A stretch of DNA of 64,000 bases from Bryobacterales bacterium (lineage in GTDB: Bacteria > Acidobacteriota > Terriglobia > Bryobacterales > UBA6623): contig OY729428.2 in assembly GCA_963422375.2 (NCBI GenBank), positions 1,600,001 through 1,664,000 on the forward strand, read 5' to 3'. The notes below the pieces were generated by a model, which was given only the letters and a program-made list of their open reading frames with translations, did not search any database and was not told where the DNA came from. Numbering within the stretch: the first letter of the stretch is position 1; every line of letters begins with the position of its first letter. This document shows positions 10,621-18,945 of this stretch, piece by piece. The position numbers and the translations under genes were made by a program.

Positions 10621-11588
10621 ATGAAGAAACAAGGTCCCGGAAAGTGGTTCCGTAAAGGCATCACCTTGATCGAAGTGATCGCCATGTTCCCCGATGACGA
10701 ATCCGCGGAAAAGTGGTTCGCCTCCATGCGCTGGACCGACGGTCCGGTATGCCCCTTCTGCCGCGGCTCCAGCGTGCAGTCCGACGCGGCCCACCCTTCG
10801 ATGCCGTACCGTTGCCGCAGCTGCGGCAAGCGCTTTTCGGTGCGCACCGGCAGCGTGATGGCCGACACCAAGCTCGGCTACCGCACCCGGGCCGTCGCCC
10901 TGTTCCTGCTGACTACCGGCATCAAGGGCGTCTCGAGCATGAAGCTGCACCGCGACCTAGGCATCAGCCAGAAGTCGGCCTGGCACTTGGCGCACCGCAT
11001 CCGCGCGTGCCGGGAGCGCGATCGGGGCCTGTTCGCCGGCCCGGTGGAGGTGGACGAGACCTGCGTCGGCGGCAAGGAGCGCAACCAGCACGAGAGGAAG
11101 AAGGCCCGCGCCGGGCGCGGGCCCGTCGGCAAGACGCCCGTGGCGGGGGCGCGGGACCGCGCCACGAACGCAGTGGCCGCGCGGCCGCTGCCGGGCACCG
11201 CCAAGGGCGACCTGCAGGGCTTCGTGCGCGGCCGGGTCGCGCCGGGCGCGCAGCTCCGCTCCGACGAGGCGGCGGCCTGCGCCGGCATGGCGGAGTTCCC
11301 GCACGAAGCCGTCAAGCACTCCGGCGGCGAGTACGTGCGCGGGGCGGCGCATACGAACGGCATCGAGTCGTTTTGGTCCCTGTTCAAGCGCGGCCTGTAC
11401 GGAACCTATCACCGGATGAGCGTCCGTCATCTCGGCCGCTACCTCACGGAGTTCGCGGGACGGCGCAACGACCGCGACTGCGACACGGCGGAACAACGGC
11501 GGAACGGATGCGGCGCATGGCGCGGGGCTTGGTCGGCCGGACGCTGACCTACCGGCAGCTGACCGGCAAGGCCGCGGTCGCGGCCTGA
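10621..11588 (+). pseudogene. IS1595 transposase, frameshifted near C-terminus
   Basis: Zn ribbon CPFC..CRSC, SSMKLHRDLG, VEVDET, SDE, HTNGIESFWS. An 11-bp duplication at 11485-11506 shifts the C-terminal GLVGRTLTYRQL out of frame. Confidence 0.9.
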
Positions 11589-12059
11589 GCGGCGCCCGCC
11601 GCGCCGAGCGCGGCAGCCCGCTGCGGGCGCGCGCTTCACGCTCGGTACGAGGGGCGCACCGGATCCGGCATGCCCCGGCGCGACCCCGGTCCGGTCCGGA
11701 CCGTCCATGCAGGCCGTCGAGCGCCGGGGATCCGCTGTCTTCGGCCCTCGCAAGGCCTGCAATCGGCTTGCAAGGGGTGCCCTGCCATCGCCAACCGGGT
11801 TTCACCGGGGCAACCGGGGCATGCGAGGCGGCCTCTCTAGTCCCTTCCTCGTCAAATCCGCTGGCAGGCTCGATTCAGATACGATCCCACCCCCACCCCT
11901 CTGTGCCCGCCGCGGCCGCACTCGAATGACCCCAGCTCGACACCCACCTCCCTGCTCACAGCAGTTCTAGTCGGATATGGCGTTGTCGGCACTCAGATAT
12001 ATAATTCCCTTATAGAAGACGTCAAGAGTCTTCTCCCTGACCGACTGAAGCAGGCACTC

Positions 12060-12081
12060 TATGTTGGGTATACCCAACATA
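12060..12081. repeat. Perfect 22-bp palindrome TATGTTGGGTATACCCAACATA
   Basis: Read directly from the sequence. Confidence 0.9.
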
Positions 12082-12269
12082 AGTCCCTAGATGTAGAGCT
12101 GTGTGTTGAGATTGCTTTTGACGCCCTCAATACAACGAATTGCTTGCCGATACGTACGCCGCGCATCGCGAGCGCTTGCCTGGGTCCGAGGAATTGAACT
12201 GGCTAGAAATGGTTTTCATCCAGATCGATGACTGTTCCGAATGACGTGCTCCGCGCCGACGCCCCTTTG

Positions 12270-13394
12270 TCAAGCGGCCCCAGTAACCGTCCGAGAAACC
12301 TCGATACGCCCTCCGTCAGCGATGCGGAACAGCGTGAGATCGGCCGACTGCCCGGGCTCTAGGTACCGCGACCTCTCCGCGAGGCCCATGGCTCCGCCGG
12401 GGTTGGTTGTCGCTAGCCTGGTGGCGGCCTGCGCTGGCAGGTCCGCGAAGCGCATCGCGTTCCCAACGCCGCGGTCCATGCTGAGCGCCGAGCCCGCGAG
12501 GCGGCGGCTGCTTAGTAGCTCGACCCTGCGTTCGGGCAGCAGCTCGACCTCCTGCTCGCCAAGCCGGTAGATGCCGGGCTCGCAGTGTGCCGGGGCCACT
12601 GCGTCGGTCACCAGAATCGACCGGTCCGGCCCCTTGGCCCGGAGGGCGATCTTCGCGAACGGGGGCGGCAGGTGGATGCCGTCCATGATCAGGCCGGCGT
12701 AAAGCCGGTCGTCGGCCATCTGATGGACGATGTAGTTGTCATGCCGGGACACGTGCGCGGCGGCGCCGTTGCCTAGGTGCGTGCTCATGGTGGCACCGGC
12801 GCTGACCGCGTCGCTGATCTGCGCGGCGCTGGCGTCGGTATGCCCGATCGAGACCACCACGCCCGACTCGGCCATGTGCTCGATCACGCCCGCCGCCTCG
12901 TCATGCTCGGGACTGAGCGTGACCAAGCGGATCCATCCCTCGGCCGCGTCCTGGAGCCTGGCGAACTCCTCGACGCTGGGAGGCCGCACGTGGGACCTCG
13001 GGTGGGCGCCCCGCGGACCGTCGCGCGGAGAGATCCACGGTCCCTCCACGTGGAACCCTAGCATGGCGTCGCCTTCAGCCAGGGAATGCCTTGCGCGAGC
13101 CAGATTGGCTAGGGAGTTGGCCATGTCGTCGTGGGATCCCGTGATGACGGTGGGGTAGAAGCGTGCGACCCCCGTGGCTCTCTGGACGTCGATGGACCGG
13201 GCGATTTCGTCGGCCGGAGACGAGGGGTCGTTGTAGTCGACCCCAGCGAAGCCGTTCACTTGCAGGTCGATCCAGCCGGGCGAGACTAGGTGGCTGCATG
13301 CGCGGTCCGTCGGCGCGACGCTCACGATCAGCCCGTCCCTGAGCTCCACCCGGATCGGTCGCCCCGAGGCGGGGTGGATGCCGAACTCCGTCAT
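12270..13394 (-). CDS. nagA: N-acetylglucosamine-6-phosphate deacetylase-like amidohydrolase
   Basis: PGWIDLQVNG, FHVEGPWI, GAH, LVTLSPE, IGHT, THLGNG, DGIH, LVTDA, LAGS; start taken at MTEFG. Confidence 0.85.
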   Translation of the reverse strand: MTEFGIHPASGRPIRVELRDGLIVSVAPTDRACSHLVSPGWIDLQVNGFAGVDYNDPSSPADEIARSIDVQRATGVARFYPTVITGSHDDMANSLANLARARHSLAEGDAMLGFHVEGPWISPRDGPRGAHPRSHVRPPSVEEFARLQDAAEGWIRLVTLSPEHDEAAGVIEHMAESGVVVSIGHTDASAAQISDAVSAGATMSTHLGNGAAAHVSRHDNYIVHQMADDRLYAGLIMDGIHLPPPFAKIALRAKGPDRSILVTDAVAPAHCEPGIYRLGEQEVELLPERRVELLSSRRLAGSALSMDRGVGNAMRFADLPAQAATRLATTNPGGAMGLAERSRYLEPGQSADLTLFRIADGGRIEVSRTVTGAA

Positions 13395-13597
13395 ATGCGG
13401 GAATCGGGCGGCCGTCCGATGCCCGGCCGGACTCGCTCCGCTGATAGCATCGCCCATTATCGCCCAGAGCGGCCTCGGACACCCAGTCTGATGCCGCCGC
13501 CCGCTCGCTCGCGCCAAGGCTTGGTGTATAGTGCTGTATGGCTCCGGCGACCGGTGCGTAGTCCGGTCGCGAGCCATCGGATTCCGGGAGGTTCGTC

Positions 13598-14941
13598 ATG
13601 GCTCATGCCAGCACTTCGAGACGCGCGTTCCTTGCCAACGCCGCGGCTGCCCCGGCCTTGGCGGCCGCCCCTGCGGCATCGCGAGTGATCGGCGCCAACG
13701 ACCGCATCAACATCGGCATGATCGGTGTGGGCAGCAAGGGCCGCGGGCACATGCGGTTGCTGCTCGGACGCAGTCGCGAACTGGGGGACGTCCGCATCGC
13801 GGCAGTCAGCGACATCTACCGCAAGCGGAGGGACGACGCTCTCTCTCAGGCGGGGCTGGAAGGCAAGGTCGGCTTCCTCGACTACCGCGAGCTGCTCGCG
13901 CGTCCCGACATCGACGCCGTCTGGATCTCCACGCCCGACCACTGGCACTCCGCCATGGCGCTCGACGCGCTCGGGGCCGGCAAGGACGTGTACCTCGAGA
14001 AGCCCATGACGTACACGATCGAGGAAGCCCGTCGCGTCGCTTCCGCCGTGGAGCGGACGGGCCGGGTGCTGCAGGTCGGCAGCCAGCACGTTTCCGACAA
14101 GCGCTACCACGAGGCGCGGTCCGTCATCGACCGCGGCTGGATCGGACCAGTCGTCTGGGCGCAGAACACCTACTGCCGCAACTCGCTCTACGGCGAGTGG
14201 AACTACACGGTGGACGCCGAAGGGACGCCGGAGAACATCGACTGGGACCGTTTTCTAGGCACGGCTCCCCCGAGGCCCTTCAGCGCCGAACGCTTCTTCC
14301 GCTGGCGCAAGTACTGGGACTACTCCGGCGGGATCGCGACCGACCTCTTCTACCATCGCCTCGCGCCGCTCGCGCTGATGATGGGGAAGGAATTCCCGCG
14401 CCGCGTCAGCGGCCACGGCGGGATCTACGTGCATCGCGAACGTCAGGTGCCGGACACGTACGCCACGGTCGTCGAGTACGCCAGCCACTACGTCAACCTC
14501 TCCGCCTCCATGGCTTCCTCGGCCGGCAACGCCGGCATGCCCACGATGGTCTACGGCCACGAGGGAGCGATTTCGTTCCTCCCAGGCGCAATCGAGGTCA
14601 AGCCCGAGTACCAGTTCGCTGCGAAGTTCCGCGAGGCCACCGGCCACGACGTGCTGCGCGTGGAGGTCGAGCAGGAGAACGTCAGCGCCGACCACGTCGC
14701 GAACTTTCTCGATTGCATGCGGACGCGCGCCAAGCCGACCTTCGACGCGCATTTCGGCTACCAGATCATGACAGCCATCCGGCTGGGGGTGGACTCTTAT
14801 CGCAGCGGCCGGCTGATCGCGTTCGACCCCCACGGCGAGCGGGTGCTGCCCGTGCCCGAGCCGAGGCCGGGGTACGAGGGCACGGGCAAGAATTTCGAGG
14901 AGCCGTCGCGGCGGCCGCCCCGGCAGGCTCGGACAGGCTGA
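13598..14941 (+). CDS. Tat-exported Gfo/Idh/MocA oxidoreductase
   Basis: SRRAFL signal, GANDRINIGMIGVG, TPDHWH, EKP, FFRWRKYWDYSGG. Confidence 0.93.
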   Translation: MAHASTSRRAFLANAAAAPALAAAPAASRVIGANDRINIGMIGVGSKGRGHMRLLLGRSRELGDVRIAAVSDIYRKRRDDALSQAGLEGKVGFLDYRELLARPDIDAVWISTPDHWHSAMALDALGAGKDVYLEKPMTYTIEEARRVASAVERTGRVLQVGSQHVSDKRYHEARSVIDRGWIGPVVWAQNTYCRNSLYGEWNYTVDAEGTPENIDWDRFLGTAPPRPFSAERFFRWRKYWDYSGGIATDLFYHRLAPLALMMGKEFPRRVSGHGGIYVHRERQVPDTYATVVEYASHYVNLSASMASSAGNAGMPTMVYGHEGAISFLPGAIEVKPEYQFAAKFREATGHDVLRVEVEQENVSADHVANFLDCMRTRAKPTFDAHFGYQIMTAIRLGVDSYRSGRLIAFDPHGERVLPVPEPRPGYEGTGKNFEEPSRRPPRQARTG

Positions 14942-14984
14942 GTCCGCAGTCCCGGGCCCGGCTCGATTCTGGTACGGTCTTGGA

Positions 14985-16424
14985 ATGCTCCGTCGCTGGA
15001 TAGTGGCGCTGGGCCTGCTCTGGTCGGGCGCCGCAGCCGAGGACCGCCTCAATGTCCTGTTCATAGCGTCCGATGACATGAACAACGACTTGGGCACCTA
15101 CGGGCACCCGGTTGTCAAGACGCCCAACTTCGACCGACTCGCCCGTCTCGGCATCCGCTTCGATCGGGCGTACTGCAACTATCCGGTCTGCAATCCCAGC
15201 CGGGCGTCTCTCATGACGGGGCTCTATCCCGACCAGACCCGGGTCCGCAACAACGCCGTCCGCTTCCGCGACGCGATTCCTGACGTCAAGACGCTCCCGC
15301 AGCTCTTTCGCGAGAATGGCTACTACGTCGCCCGCGTGGGCAAGATCTATCACTACGGCGTTCCCACCCAAATCGGCGAGGACGGCCTCGACGACCCTGC
15401 TTCATGGGAGGAGACAGTGAACCCGCGCGGTCGCGACAAGTGGGAGGAGGAGAGCATCTACTCGATCGATCCGGTCGCCGGCAACCTCGGCGGAACCCTG
15501 AGCTGGATGGCCCAGGACGGCACTGACGAGGAGCAGACGGACGGGCTCGGCACGACCGCCGCGATCGAGATTCTCGAGCGTTCCCGCGACAGGCCCTTCT
15601 TCCTTGCCATGGGCTTCTACCGCCCCCACACGCCGTACGTCGCGCCGAGGAAGTACTTCTTCCAGTACCCGCTGCGAATGATCCGGCTTCCCGCCGAGCC
15701 CTTGGACGACTTGGTGGACATCCCGCCGGCGGCATGGGTGGATCGGCCCTACCAGCTCAACCTACCTGAGCGAATGCAGCGCGAGGCTATCCGGGCCTAT
15801 TACGCGTCCATCAGCTTCGTGGACGCCCAGCTCGGTCGCCTGCTGGACGCGCTGGACCGCCTCGATCTAACGGACCGGACCGTGATCGTGTTCTGGTCCG
15901 ATCACGGCTACCACATGGGCGAGCACAAGCTGTGGCAGAAGACCACGCTGTTCGAGAATTCGGCCCGCGTGCCGTTCCTTGTTGCCTCTCCCGAGCACCG
16001 CGGGACCGCGGGCCTGAGCACGGTCTCGTTGGCGGAACTCGTCGACGTGTATCCGACCTTGGCGGACCTGTGCGGCCTGAGCCCGCCCCCGCATCTTGCC
16101 GGAAGGAGCTTGGAGCCGGTTCTTGCGAACCCGCTGCACTCCGTGCGCGACTCTGCTCTCACGACCTTCGACACTCACGACCGGGTCAGCCCGCGACGCC
16201 CCCTGCGTCCTAGGGCGGTTGGGTACACCGTGCGGACCGAGCGCTGGCGCTACACCGAGTGGGGGCCGGACGGTCGGCACGGCGTCGAGCTATACGACCA
16301 CTGGAACGACCCGAAGGAGTACGTCAATCTCGCGCAGGCCCCTCGTGCCCGCAGTACAGTGCGGCGGATGAAGGAGCTGCTCGATTCCCGCGTGGCCGAG
16401 GCCACCCGCCCGCCGCGGCTGTGA
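14985..16424 (+). CDS. Secreted formylglycine-dependent sulfatase (iduronate-2-sulfatase-like)
   Basis: NVLFIASDD, CNPSRASLMTG, GKIYH, RPH, SDHG, KTTLFE. Confidence 0.94.
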   Translation: MLRRWIVALGLLWSGAAAEDRLNVLFIASDDMNNDLGTYGHPVVKTPNFDRLARLGIRFDRAYCNYPVCNPSRASLMTGLYPDQTRVRNNAVRFRDAIPDVKTLPQLFRENGYYVARVGKIYHYGVPTQIGEDGLDDPASWEETVNPRGRDKWEEESIYSIDPVAGNLGGTLSWMAQDGTDEEQTDGLGTTAAIEILERSRDRPFFLAMGFYRPHTPYVAPRKYFFQYPLRMIRLPAEPLDDLVDIPPAAWVDRPYQLNLPERMQREAIRAYYASISFVDAQLGRLLDALDRLDLTDRTVIVFWSDHGYHMGEHKLWQKTTLFENSARVPFLVASPEHRGTAGLSTVSLAELVDVYPTLADLCGLSPPPHLAGRSLEPVLANPLHSVRDSALTTFDTHDRVSPRRPLRPRAVGYTVRTERWRYTEWGPDGRHGVELYDHWNDPKEYVNLAQAPRARSTVRRMKELLDSRVAEATRPPRL

Positions 16425-16497
16425 GCGCCGCGTCTAGAGGCAAACGCACCGGCGCTTGTGGTATACCTTGGCGGAACGCTGAGGGCGTTCCAGCGGA

Positions 16498-17133
16498 ATG
16501 CAAGGCCAGGCATCATCCATCAGCAGGCGGGGCTTCCTCGCCGTCGCTCCGGCGGCCGTCGCGGCGGCCGCGCGGGCCGCGGAGGACGGCTTCGAGTCGC
16601 TGTTCAACGGCAAGGACCTGACAGGCTGGGAGGGCGATGCATTCCTCTGGAGGGTCGAGGACGGGATGATCGTCGGGCGGTCGCCCGGAATCGCCTACAA
16701 CGACTTCCTGACCGCGAGCGAGGAGTTTGCCGACTTCGTGCTGCGTTTCGACGTGCATCTCCTCAAGGACGTCGGCAACAGCGGCGTGCAGCTCCGCAGC
16801 CGCCGGATGCCCGGTTCCATGGAAATGGTGGGCTACCAAGCCGATATCGGGCCGATGTGGTGGGGCAACCTCTACGACGAGAGCCGACGCAAGGAGACGC
16901 TCGCGCAGCCCTCCAAGGCGACCTTGCGGCGAGCCCTCAGGCCGGACCAGTGGAACGCGTACGAGATCGGAGCGACCGGCAAGCGGATCGTGCTGAAGCT
17001 CAACGGAGTCGTGACCGTGGATTACACCGAGGAGGACGACTCGATCGAGCAGGCCGGCCTCATAGGGCTGCAGGTACATTCCGGCCCGCCGCTCGAGGTT
17101 CGGTTCCGGAACCTCCGCATCCAGCGCACGTGA
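16498..17133 (+). CDS. Tat-exported DUF1080 (3-keto-glycoside lyase/hydrolase-like) protein
   Basis: SRRGFL signal, LFNGKDLTGW, NSGVQLR, GYQAD, WN.YEI, IGLQVH, FRNL. Confidence 0.9.
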   Translation: MQGQASSISRRGFLAVAPAAVAAAARAAEDGFESLFNGKDLTGWEGDAFLWRVEDGMIVGRSPGIAYNDFLTASEEFADFVLRFDVHLLKDVGNSGVQLRSRRMPGSMEMVGYQADIGPMWWGNLYDESRRKETLAQPSKATLRRALRPDQWNAYEIGATGKRIVLKLNGVVTVDYTEEDDSIEQAGLIGLQVHSGPPLEVRFRNLRIQRT

Positions 17134-17178
17134 AGTCGGCTGCGCGCGGGCGCGATGGCCGGTCGCAGGGGGCCCGGG

Positions 17179-17634
17179 CTAGCGTCGGCCCTCGGCGTGC
17201 TGCATCGCGAGCGTTCCGATGACCGGCAGGCGGTACGTCTCGCCGCGGGAAGCCTTGTAAGCCGCCAGCGCCCAGGCACCGAGAAGGGCGACTTGGATGG
17301 CCACCGAGACAAGGCTCTCGAGCAGCCACCAGATGGAGAGAATCCCCGTTAGCGCCGCGAGCCCGAAGGCCGCGAGCGTCAGCAACAGGCACTGGTAGCT
17401 ATGGAAGCGGACGAACCGGTGGCGACCGAAGGGCTCGAACACGAGAAAATACAGCGCCGGGATGGGCGTCAGGTACGCCAGTGCGCCGAGGTGCCGGACT
17501 TCCTGGGCGCTCGCCCCGTCGCGTCGACGGCCGCCTGTACGGTTCACCCCGGACCCGGGGGCGACCCGCGCGCCGCACTGGGCGCAATAACGGGCGCCGC
17601 CTAGGTGCCCACCGCAATGCACGCAATAGGGCAT
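17179..17634 (-). CDS. Zinc-ribbon DUF4870-like membrane protein
   Basis: CxxCG..CxxCG, GALAYL, FVRFHSYQ, KASRGETYRLPVIG. Confidence 0.82.
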   Translation of the reverse strand: MPYCVHCGGHLGGARYCAQCGARVAPGSGVNRTGGRRRDGASAQEVRHLGALAYLTPIPALYFLVFEPFGRHRFVRFHSYQCLLLTLAAFGLAALTGILSIWWLLESLVSVAIQVALLGAWALAAYKASRGETYRLPVIGTLAMQHAEGRR

Positions 17635-17672
17635 CGACCGCACCCGTGAGCCATAGCGTAGTATAGCCCTGC

Positions 17673-18506
17673 ATGGGGCCTTACGGGCACGCGCGGGACT
17701 GGGTCCGCCGAGCAGCTCTTCTAGCGGCGCTGGGCGCCTTGTTCACCTGCGCCGTTCCGGCCAGCGAGATAGTCGCGCACCGGGGAGCGTCGTTCCAGGC
17801 CCCGGAAAATACTCTGCCGGCGGTCCGCCTCGCTTGGGATCAGCGTGCGGACGCGGTCGAGGTCGACATCCACCAGACGCTCGACCGAAGGGTCGTGGCC
17901 ATCCACGACAAGGACACCGAGAGGGTCACCGGGCATCCGGGCTTGGTCGCCGAACGGACACTTCGCCAGTTGCAGTCGCTCGATGCCGGCGCATGGAAGG
18001 CGGCGCGCTGGAAGGGCACGCGGATCCCCCTGCTCGAAGACGTGCTGGAGACGGTGCCTCCGGGCAAGGTCCTAGTCGTCGAGATCAAGTGCGCGAGGAC
18101 CGTTCTCCCGGCCTTGGAGCGGATTCTGGACCGCTCGGGCAAGCGCTCCCAAGTCATGCTGATCGCCTTCGATTACGACACCATTTCCGAGGCGAAGCGA
18201 CGGATGCCGGAAATCCGCTGCTACTGGCTGTACGGTTTCTCGCGCAGGGAGGTCGAGCGCTATGTCGTGCGGGGTCCGGGCGACCTGCTCGAACGGGTGC
18301 GGCAGGCCGGCCTAGACGGCTTGGACGTTCGTCACGACGGGCCGTGGGTGGCGGAGCTTGCGCGGGCCCTCGCGGCTGACGGCAGCGCCCTGTACGTCTA
18401 CACGGTCAACGATCCGGACGCCGCGAGGCGCTTGCGAGACATCGGCGTGGCCGGCATCACGACCGACCGGCCGGCGTACCTGCGGGAAGCGCTGGCCCGG
18501 CCGTGA
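17673..18506 (+). CDS. Glycerophosphodiester phosphodiesterase
   Basis: AHRGAS..PENT, EVDI, IHD, EIK, YTVND, GITTDRP. Confidence 0.94.
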   Translation: MGPYGHARDWVRRAALLAALGALFTCAVPASEIVAHRGASFQAPENTLPAVRLAWDQRADAVEVDIHQTLDRRVVAIHDKDTERVTGHPGLVAERTLRQLQSLDAGAWKAARWKGTRIPLLEDVLETVPPGKVLVVEIKCARTVLPALERILDRSGKRSQVMLIAFDYDTISEAKRRMPEIRCYWLYGFSRREVERYVVRGPGDLLERVRQAGLDGLDVRHDGPWVAELARALAADGSALYVYTVNDPDAARRLRDIGVAGITTDRPAYLREALARP

Positions 18507-18564
18507 GCAGCTGCCTCGGCAGGCCCGTCTGCCTCCGGAGACTATCCTGAGTGCTCGGGGCGTC

Positions 18565-18924
18565 ATGCCGGTCGGAATCATAGCGCCGCGGCTCGGCTGC
18601 CTGGTCCTGGCGCTCGGGGCGTCGTTCGCGCTATTCGTTCGCTTCTGCGACTTGGTCTTCGACTGCGGCTGCCGCGGTCTTTTCGCGGGCTCGGCCGCGG
18701 CCTGCAACATCCACCACGCAGCGGCTCCCCACTGCCCCTGGTGCGTCGAGGACGGCGTCCACGGGCAGTGGGCGTTCGCGCTGATCATCGTGGCCCAGGT
18801 GGCGACTTGTTTGTGGCCCGGACGGGTCGGACCGCTGCGAGCGCTCCTGGCGGTGCTGGCGTTCCCTGCGGTCGGCGCCGCCGGGGGACTGGCCGCGGGA
18901 ATCCTGACGGGCTACTGGGACTGA
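18565..18924 (+). CDS. Cys-rich small membrane protein
   Basis: Hydrophobic helices with CDLVFDCGC..CNIH..CPWC; fills the gap between flanking genes. Confidence 0.65.
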   Translation: MPVGIIAPRLGCLVLALGASFALFVRFCDLVFDCGCRGLFAGSAAACNIHHAAAPHCPWCVEDGVHGQWAFALIIVAQVATCLWPGRVGPLRALLAVLAFPAVGAAGGLAAGILTGYWD

Positions 18925-18945
18925 GCCTGACGCCGGTGCGCGGCG

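Larger units (their letters stand above)
10483..12009 (+). mobile_element. IS1595-family insertion sequence (1527 bp)
   Basis: Perfect 24-bp terminal inverted repeats GGGAATTATATATCTGAGTGCCGA (10483-10506 and 11986-12009); 8-bp AT-rich target duplication TTATAGAA (10475-10482 and 12010-12017). Confidence 0.95.

Noticed and set aside
11485..11506. Programmed frameshift in the IS1595 transposase
   Set aside because: Fully explained by an 11-bp duplication; no slippery site.
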